From assembly GCA_034421515.1 (NCBI GenBank), contig DAOUKH010000003.1, forward strand, positions 29,691 to 93,690: a stretch of 64,000 nucleotides of DNA, read 5' to 3'. Below are positions 58,403 through 64,000 of the stretch, piece after piece (position 1 is the first letter of the stretch; every line of letters starts with the position of its first letter). Under the pieces are notes generated by a model. The model did no database searches and was not told where the DNA came from. It worked only from the letters and a program-made list of their open reading frames with translations. Position numbers and translations under genes: made by a program. Source of the DNA: Dehalococcoidia bacterium (GTDB lineage Bacteria; Chloroflexota; Dehalococcoidia; SHYB01).

Positions 58403-58915
58403 ATGGCCCACGACATGAGCGGCCGCGTGGCCCGGTTTGACGAGCTGCGCGCCAACCGGCAGGCGTTCGTCGATAGCAAGCTCCCCGGACACGAGCGGGA
58501 GAACTTCCGCATCATCGGGAAGGGGGTCACCGAAGACCCCGCCGATCGGCCCGCCATCACCGCGCCGCACGACTTCAACGTCGGCGGCATCAGGGCCAAG
58601 CCGGGCCACGGCGCGGCGTTGCACAGCCATCTGACCGTGGAGATCTTCATCCCCTTCTCCGGGCGGTGGGAGGTCTACTACGGCGACGACGGCGGGGAAA
58701 GCGTGGTCTTGGGCCCGCTGGACACCTTTTCGGTGCCGGCGGGCGTCATGCGGGGATTCCGCAACGTCGGGGACGACGAGGCGTTCCTGCTGACGATCAT
58801 CGGCGGGGCGGAGCCGGGGAAGGTCACGTGGTCGCCGGAGGTTCTCGCCGCCGCCTCGGCGTCGGGCGTCACGCGCAACGAGGCGGGGAATCTGGAGAAG
58901 GAGACGTCTGTGTAA
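58403..58915 (+). CDS. cupin-domain protein
   Basis: 170 aa; two-His cupin motif (GAALHSHLTVEIFIPFSGRWEV...). Confidence 0.65.
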   Translation: MAHDMSGRVARFDELRANRQAFVDSKLPGHERENFRIIGKGVTEDPADRPAITAPHDFNVGGIRAKPGHGAALHSHLTVEIFIPFSGRWEVYYGDDGGESVVLGPLDTFSVPAGVMRGFRNVGDDEAFLLTIIGGAEPGKVTWSPEVLAAASASGVTRNEAGNLEKETSV

Positions 58916-58924
58916 CGGCTCTGG

Positions 58925-59075
58925 TTGTGGGGGAGCGGGCGCGTCGCGACGCGCCCCTACAGGGAAGGGGCACCCCTCCCGGCCCCCGCCCTCCGACGCG
59001 CCTGCGGCGCGTGCCCTCTCTCAGTCTCCCCCAGAGGGGGAGAGGTTAAGGTGCCACCTGCGGGGGCGGTTAGGC
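58925..59075. repeat. composite palindromic intergenic repeat (between the cupin gene and the UGSC locus)
   Basis: cctacagggaaggggcaccc... plus cgcctgcggcgcgtgccctctctcagtctcccccagagggggagaggttaagg. Confidence 0.6.
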
Positions 59076-60152
59076 GGGGGCGGGCCTGATCGGGCGGCTG
59101 GTGGCCCAGCCGCCCATGTAGCCCCAGGACTGGATGCAGGCGCAGAAGCCGGCCTGGAGTCCGCCGGCCACGGTGATGAGCAGGTCTTCGGGCTTGCGCA
59201 GCACGGCGAGCATCGTGGTGTCGTCGAGGTCGTCGGGGGTTGCAGGCCAGACGTCCTCGGGCGCGCCGGCGTCCCACTGGATGCGACCGCGGTCAAGCAT
59301 GGTCTTCAGCGATACGAGGGCCCGCTCGTGGACGTGCTCCCCGATGGCCTGCTTCGACCAGCCGGCGTCGTAGAGCGGCTGGGCGACAAGGGGATTGAGC
59401 ACGAAGAAGACCTGCCCTCCGCGGCGGATGGTGTGCCAGCAGACCCGCACTTGCTCGATCATATCGAGCAAGGAGGCGTCGGGTTCGCGCGAGCCGCCGT
59501 ACTGGACGGGGCTGTCGCAGCCGATGACGGTGACGCCGCCGGCGCTGTCCACGCCGAAGTCGGCATGGAGCGGACCCCAGGGCGCGTCGGGCGACTCGCC
59601 GATGCAGTAGACGTACTTGCCGGGCGAGCCGAGGACGGACTTGTCACCCGTCTCCGGGTAGCCGCCGCCGAGCACCATCATCACGAGGCGCAGCGCCCGC
59701 CCGATCGTGGCGTTGGCGCGGTAGCCGGGCCCGAAGGCGCTGGTGCCGTAGTTGATTTCGAGGTCGTCGACGACCGGGCCGCTGACGATCACCAGCGGCC
59801 CCGCGGGGTGCGTCGTGGCCTGGAGCCCGTTGAGGTTGAAGCGCTCGTCGAGGGCGGCCTCGACGGCGGCCAGCACCACGGGGAAGTAGTCGGGACGGCA
59901 GCCCGCCATCACGGCGTTGGCGGCGACGGTCTCGATGGTGGCCACTCCCATGCGCGGCGGCACCGGCCCGAGGACCTCTTGAGGGTCGCGCCCGCTGCCC
60001 TCGACCATGCGCTCGATGAGGTCGGGGGTCGGTGGGATGATGGGCAGGCCGTCGGTCCAGCCCTTGCGGTAGAACTCCTCGATGGTCTCGATGCAGGAGT
60101 CCCAGCTATCGGCCGCGGTGAAGGTGGACGCCGCTTCGCCGGACTGGGTCAT
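59070..60152 (-). CDS. UGSC-associated conserved partner protein (paralog 2), separate gene
   Basis: MTQSGEAASTF...WTDGLPIIPPT...AANAVMAGCRPDYFPVVLAAVEA...; its ATG overlaps the UGSC gene stop as ATGA. Paralog of the C-terminal domain of 2990..4684 and of 62675..63718. Confidence 0.6.
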   Translation of the reverse strand: MTQSGEAASTFTAADSWDSCIETIEEFYRKGWTDGLPIIPPTPDLIERMVEGSGRDPQEVLGPVPPRMGVATIETVAANAVMAGCRPDYFPVVLAAVEAALDERFNLNGLQATTHPAGPLVIVSGPVVDDLEINYGTSAFGPGYRANATIGRALRLVMMVLGGGYPETGDKSVLGSPGKYVYCIGESPDAPWGPLHADFGVDSAGGVTVIGCDSPVQYGGSREPDASLLDMIEQVRVCWHTIRRGGQVFFVLNPLVAQPLYDAGWSKQAIGEHVHERALVSLKTMLDRGRIQWDAGAPEDVWPATPDDLDDTTMLAVLRKPEDLLITVAGGLQAGFCACIQSWGYMGGWATSRPIRPAPA

Positions 60153-60766
60153 GGCCGGTTTGCGGCTCGCGCGGCCGTTGGGGGCTCGGCGGATTTCGGG
60201 GTCAGCGTCCCTTCCATCAGCCATCGGACTACGCCGGGGTAGGCCGCTTCGCCCTGGGCCCGGTTGGCCTCGGCGTCGCCGAGATAGCCGGGGAGGATGA
60301 CGGGCTCGAATTCCTCGCAGCGCAGGTGGCGCCGCTTCATGAACGCCAACTGGCGGAAGACGTCGAGGATGACGACGGCGGCGGGGATGCCGTCGGTCTC
60401 GAAGGTGATCCCGTCGTGCATACAGCACGACGTGCAGGAGCCTCAGGCCCCGACGCCGATCACCATGGAGTCGACCTGCGCCTTCAGCTCCTCGTACATG
60501 TCCGGCGGGACCCGGGCCGAGAGGTTGGGCTTGCGTTTGAGGATTACTTGGTCGACGCCGTTATGTTCCTGTAGGAGCTCGCCGATGCGCTCAAGGACGA
60601 TGTGGCTGTCTTGGACGCCGTCGTCGAGCAGGCCGACGGTCTTCCCCCGGAGGGTGTCCACACGTCTGGCGAGGGAGGTTGGCTCGCGCCAGACGTGGCC
60701 GGACGGGTCGACGACGGTGATTTCTCGGTTCACGGTCTGCGCCATGGCGTTAGCCGTGCGGGTCAT
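60149..60766 (-). CDS. UGSC-family selenoprotein (stand-alone); in-frame UGA (Sec) at 60443-60445
   Basis: ORFs 60443..60802 and 60149..60421 are in one frame, separated only by TGA: ...MVIGVGA-U-GSCTSCCMHDG.... A perfect 8-bp stem hairpin (CGUCGUGC-UGUAU-GCACGACG) starts 10 nt after the UGA. Start set at ATG 60766, which overlaps the upstream hicB-like stop. Confidence 0.7.
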
Positions 60767-60996
60767 CTTGCAGCGCTTGGGGTGGGAGGGTTGAAGGTCC
60801 ACCCCTCTTTTTCCATATCGTCAATGTAAATGCGCAGGACATCGTCGGCGTTACGGATGGCATCATCCAGGGTCTTCCCAGTCGCCGCTACGCCGTCGAT
60901 ATCAGGAAAGGTCACCCAGTACATGCCCTTCTCCCGTTCTATCAGCGCGGGATATGTCAGCATGCCGTCACTCCCAACCGCAATACCTGAATGCAC
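60763..60996 (-). CDS. HicB-like (UPF0150) antitoxin-family protein
   Basis: 77 aa; ...YWVTFPDIDGVAATGKTLDDAIRNADDVLRIYIDDM... Confidence 0.55.
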   Translation of the reverse strand: MHSGIAVGSDGMLTYPALIEREKGMYWVTFPDIDGVAATGKTLDDAIRNADDVLRIYIDDMEKEGWTFNPPTPSAAR

Positions 60997-61005
60997 CGGC
61001 GGAAG

Positions 61006-61221
61006 TCACGCCTGCATCAGGCGTTCGCCCTTCGGCTCCGGAATCGGGTCGCCGAACTCTCGCGCCGTCTCAAGCCACAAGTCCATAGCCTCGTTGATGT
61101 GCACCAAGGCCGCCTCCTGCGTGTCGCCGTGGGCGGCGCAACCCGGAAGCTCGGGCACTTCGGCCACGAAGGCACCGTCTTCGTTGCTCCAATAGATGAT
61201 GATCTCGTACTTGTGCATCAT
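61006..61221 (-). CDS. hicB: HicB-family antitoxin
   Basis: 71 aa; YEIIIYWSNEDGAFVAEVPELPGCAAHGDTQEAALVHINEAMDLWLE. Confidence 0.7.
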   Translation of the reverse strand: MMHKYEIIIYWSNEDGAFVAEVPELPGCAAHGDTQEAALVHINEAMDLWLETAREFGDPIPEPKGERLMQA

Positions 61222-61475
61222 GATCCCTCTTCAAGCCGGTGTCTCAGGATGACATGACGGACCTGTCGGACCTGGTAGGGCTTGGCATGGTTGCCGTCGC
61301 GCTGCAAATTCACCCGTTCCCGGACGCCTTCTTTCCTGAAGATGTGATGACTGCCCCGCGTCCGCTCAACGAATCCTAAGCGTAGCAGGAATAGCCGCAG
61401 GTCGTCGAAGCGGACATTTGCGTCTGACCGACCGCTGAGAATCCTGTGGCGTAACTCGTTGCTGCGAGATGTCAT
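61218..61475 (-). CDS. hicA: HicA-family toxin
   Basis: 85 aa; ...LGFVERTRGSHHIFRKEGVRERVNLQRDGNHAKPYQVRQV...; overlaps hicB by 4 nt. Confidence 0.7.
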   Translation of the reverse strand: MTSRSNELRHRILSGRSDANVRFDDLRLFLLRLGFVERTRGSHHIFRKEGVRERVNLQRDGNHAKPYQVRQVRHVILRHRLEEGS

Positions 61476-61487
61476 CGCCGTCGCGCC

Positions 61488-62672
61488 CTAACCCCTATGC
61501 CCACGCCGGCGGACGTGGGCGGCGCTGAGGTCGGCGACGCTGGGGCAGCCGAGGAGGGCCAGGGCGCGGCGGAGCTCGGTGCGGAGGAGATCGAGGGCGC
61601 GGTCGACGCCGGGCTCGCCGCCGGCGCCGATGCCGTAGAGGTAGGCGCGTCCGATGGCGACGGCGCGCGCGCCGAGGGCCAGCGCCTTCGCCACGTCGGC
61701 GCCGCGGCGGACGCCGCCGTCGAGGATGACCTCGGCCCGGCCCGCCACCGACTCGACGACGGCGGGCAGCGCGTCGAGGGCCGCCGGGGCGTGGTCGAGC
61801 TGGCGCCCGCCGTGGTTCGACACGACGATCCCCTGCGCGCCGAGCGACGCCGCCCGCGCCGCATCCTCGGGGTCGAGTATCCCCTTGACCGCGAAGGGGC
61901 CGTTCCACTCGGCGATCATCCATTCCAGGTCGTCCCACGTCACCGAGGGGTCGAACTGGGTGTTGATGTACGTCCACAGCGCGGTGAGGTCGCCGCGGCC
62001 CGCGTCGCCCTGGCCCGCGACGTTGGCGAACCCGATGCGGCGACTCGTCAGGAAGTTCCACCACCACGACGGATGCAGCGCCGCGTCGAAGGCCGCCCCC
62101 AGGGTGAGCGACGGTGGGATGGTCATGCCGTTCCGGAGGTCGCGCTCCCGCTGGCCGAAGACGGGCATGTCGGCGGTGAGCATCAGGGCGTCGTAGCCGG
62201 CGTCGCGGCAGCGGCTGAAGAACTCGCGGACGAGCCCCCGGTCCTTCCAGACGTAGATCTGGAACCAGTTCGGGCCGTCGGACGCCGCGGCGAGCTCCTC
62301 GATCGACAGCGTGCTCAACGAGGAGAGCGAGTAGATCAGCCCGGCCCGGTGGGCCGACCGCGCCGCGGCGGCCTCGCCCTCGTGGTGGAAGAGCCGCGTC
62401 ATGCCCGTCGGCGCGAGCATGACCGGCATCGATACCGGCGTCCCCAGGACGGTGGTGGAGAGATCGACCGTCGACACGTCCCGAAGCACGCGGGGCAGGA
62501 GCTCGTAGTCCTGGAACGCCGCCTCGTTACGCCGCGCCGTGACCTCGTCCTCGGCGGCGCCGTCGGCGTAGTCGAACACGGCGCGGGGCAGGCGGCGCAT
62601 AGCGAGGCGGCGCAGGTCGGCGATGGAGTGGCAGCGGGCCAGCCGCGCCTCGGTGGAGAAGGGGAGCGGCAT
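61488..62672 (-). CDS. FMN-dependent alpha-hydroxy acid dehydrogenase/oxidase (LldD/glycolate oxidase family)
   Basis: Start set at MPLPFSTEAR...; FMN-binding TIM-barrel motifs (...VSNHGGRQLD..., LDGGVRRGADV); its ATG lies 3 nt after the stop of paralog 3. Confidence 0.8.
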   Translation of the reverse strand: MPLPFSTEARLARCHSIADLRRLAMRRLPRAVFDYADGAAEDEVTARRNEAAFQDYELLPRVLRDVSTVDLSTTVLGTPVSMPVMLAPTGMTRLFHHEGEAAAARSAHRAGLIYSLSSLSTLSIEELAAASDGPNWFQIYVWKDRGLVREFFSRCRDAGYDALMLTADMPVFGQRERDLRNGMTIPPSLTLGAAFDAALHPSWWWNFLTSRRIGFANVAGQGDAGRGDLTALWTYINTQFDPSVTWDDLEWMIAEWNGPFAVKGILDPEDAARAASLGAQGIVVSNHGGRQLDHAPAALDALPAVVESVAGRAEVILDGGVRRGADVAKALALGARAVAIGRAYLYGIGAGGEPGVDRALDLLRTELRRALALLGCPSVADLSAAHVRRRGHRG

Positions 62673-62674
62673 CG

Positions 62675-63718
62675 CTACCGCCGTATCGGCTTGGTGACCG
62701 ACTTGGGCGAGCCGAACGACGGCATGTAGGTCGAGTGCAGGCCGCCGTCGCCGCCGGCCACGGCGATCATCCAATAGTCCGCCGTCGGCACCATCGGGTA
62801 CATGCCGTCCACGATCAGGTCGGGGCGGGTGTCGCGGCGGCTTCTCGCGGTCGCGTGGATGCGGTCGCCGGGCAGGCGGGTGTGTTCGTGGAAGTAGCGC
62901 TTGACGTCGTCCTTCGACCAGCCCCCTTCGGCCAGGGCGCGGGCGTGGCCGGGGTTGAAGACCACCAGCGGCTCGCCGGTGAAAAGGGAGAACTGCGTGA
63001 TCGCGGGCGCGGTCATCGTCTGCGCGAAGGCGGCCATGCCGCCCTCGGCCATGACACGGTCGCCGTAGGTGCAGTTCAGCGTCGTGTTGGGCGCGATGAC
63101 GGTGACGCAGCTCTCGTCCGCGTCGAAGCCGCGTTCGACGTGGAGCGGGTCCCAGGGGCTCTCTTCTTCATTCTCGCCGAAGCACAGAGAGAATTTGCCG
63201 GGAAAGCCCTGCGTCGCCTTGTCGACCTCGCCGGGCACGGCGCCCCCGATGTTGAGCAGAATCAGGCGGACGGCCCGCCCGATCGAGGCGTTGGCGCGGG
63301 TTCCCGGCCCGAGGCACCCGGCGCCGGAGTTGATCCCGATCTCGTGGCGGATAGGGCCGTTCACAATGACGCCGACCCCCACGGGGTTGGTGGTGGTCTG
63401 GATGCTGTAGAGGAGGAACTCCTCCTCGGTCATCGCCTCGACGGCGGTGGCGACCACCGGCATGTGCTCGGGCAGGCAGCCCGCCATCACCGCGTTCACC
63501 GCGACCTTCTCGACGGTGGCCTCGGCCACCGCAGGGTGCACGACGCCGAGGACGTCGTCGGGCGCCCGACCCGACGCGGCGACCATCGCCGCGACGCGCT
63601 CCTCCGTGGGCGGCACGATGGGCAGCCCGTCGGTCATGCCGCGGGCGTGGAAATACTCGATGGCCTCGTCGTAGCCGCCCGCGGAGACGCGCGTGGAGGT
63701 GAGGTGTGGGTCGGCCAT
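62675..63718 (-). CDS. UGSC-associated conserved partner protein (paralog 3)
   Basis: MADPHLTST...MTDGLPIVPPT...AVNAVMAGCLPEHMPVVATAVEA...GAGCLGPGTRANASIGRAVRL. Confidence 0.6.
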   Translation of the reverse strand: MADPHLTSTRVSAGGYDEAIEYFHARGMTDGLPIVPPTEERVAAMVAASGRAPDDVLGVVHPAVAEATVEKVAVNAVMAGCLPEHMPVVATAVEAMTEEEFLLYSIQTTTNPVGVGVIVNGPIRHEIGINSGAGCLGPGTRANASIGRAVRLILLNIGGAVPGEVDKATQGFPGKFSLCFGENEEESPWDPLHVERGFDADESCVTVIAPNTTLNCTYGDRVMAEGGMAAFAQTMTAPAITQFSLFTGEPLVVFNPGHARALAEGGWSKDDVKRYFHEHTRLPGDRIHATARSRRDTRPDLIVDGMYPMVPTADYWMIAVAGGDGGLHSTYMPSFGSPKSVTKPIRR

Positions 63719-63723
63719 CGCGG

Positions 63724-64000
63724 CTATGCCTCGGACGCCTCGGCGGGAACGTTCACCACGCCCCGGTCAGGGACCAGGAGGGCGGCGACGGCGGCGTCGA
63801 GCGCCCGGTAGGCGATTTCGCGGACCAAGGGTTCGTCAAGCGTGTCGTAGGGGAAGGGGAGGATGACCTGGGGCAGCGCCGGCATCCCCCGGCCCTTCGC
63901 CGAGGCCGCCGCCAGGGCTTGGAAGGCCTTGGTGCTCACGGTCACCGTGGGGATGCCCTGCTTCTCGATCTCGATGCTGTCGTGGATACACCACGCGGTG
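63724..64000 (-). CDS. UGSC-family protein, 3' part only; the U/C-G-S-C motif lies just beyond the window end
   Basis: In-frame translation to the window edge: TAWCIHDSIEIEKQGIPTVTVSTKAFQAL...PQVILPFPYDTLDEPLVREIAYRALDAAV...*. It aligns with the post-UGSC region of the other two copies (CMHDGITFETDGIPAAVVILDVF...EPVILPGYLGD...). Confidence 0.5.
   Translation of the reverse strand, partial: TAWCIHDSIEIEKQGIPTVTVSTKAFQALAAASAKGRGMPALPQVILPFPYDTLDEPLVREIAYRALDAAVAALLVPDRGVVNVPAEASEA

Overview
The window is a ~70% GC bacterial chromosomal segment; gene content and the dispersed repeats suggest Chloroflexota or Actinomycetota. Housekeeping genes form the backbone (Fe-S carrier protein IscA/ErpA-like, miaB, nadA-nadB, hemE-hemH, gap, purH-purM-purF, oppD/oppF-like ABC ATPases, a split methylmalonyl-CoA mutase, five tRNAs). 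The most unusual content is three paralogous loci for UGSC-family selenoproteins with in-frame UGA codons, each followed by a conserved uncharacterised partner domain: fused to the UGSC domain at 2990-4684, split at 59070-60766, and cut by the window edge at 62675-64000. Dehydrogenase genes sit beside these loci. A second candidate selenoprotein is an M20D amidohydrolase whose metal-binding Cys codon in the MHAxGHDGH motif is replaced by TGA (39427-39429). Other accessory content: a ~50% GC island carrying an AIPR abortive-infection gene; an orphan phage terminase small+large gene pair behind a promoter with a Cheo-type LexA box and iteron-like repeats, next to tRNA-Leu/tRNA-Lys; a dispersed family of composite palindromic intergenic repeats; six type II toxin-antitoxin modules (three HicAB, VapBC, RelE/ParE-Phd, HigBA); and a GNAT gene with a +1 frameshift in an A-run. 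All calls come from reading the six-frame translations and the sequence itself; no database searches were run.
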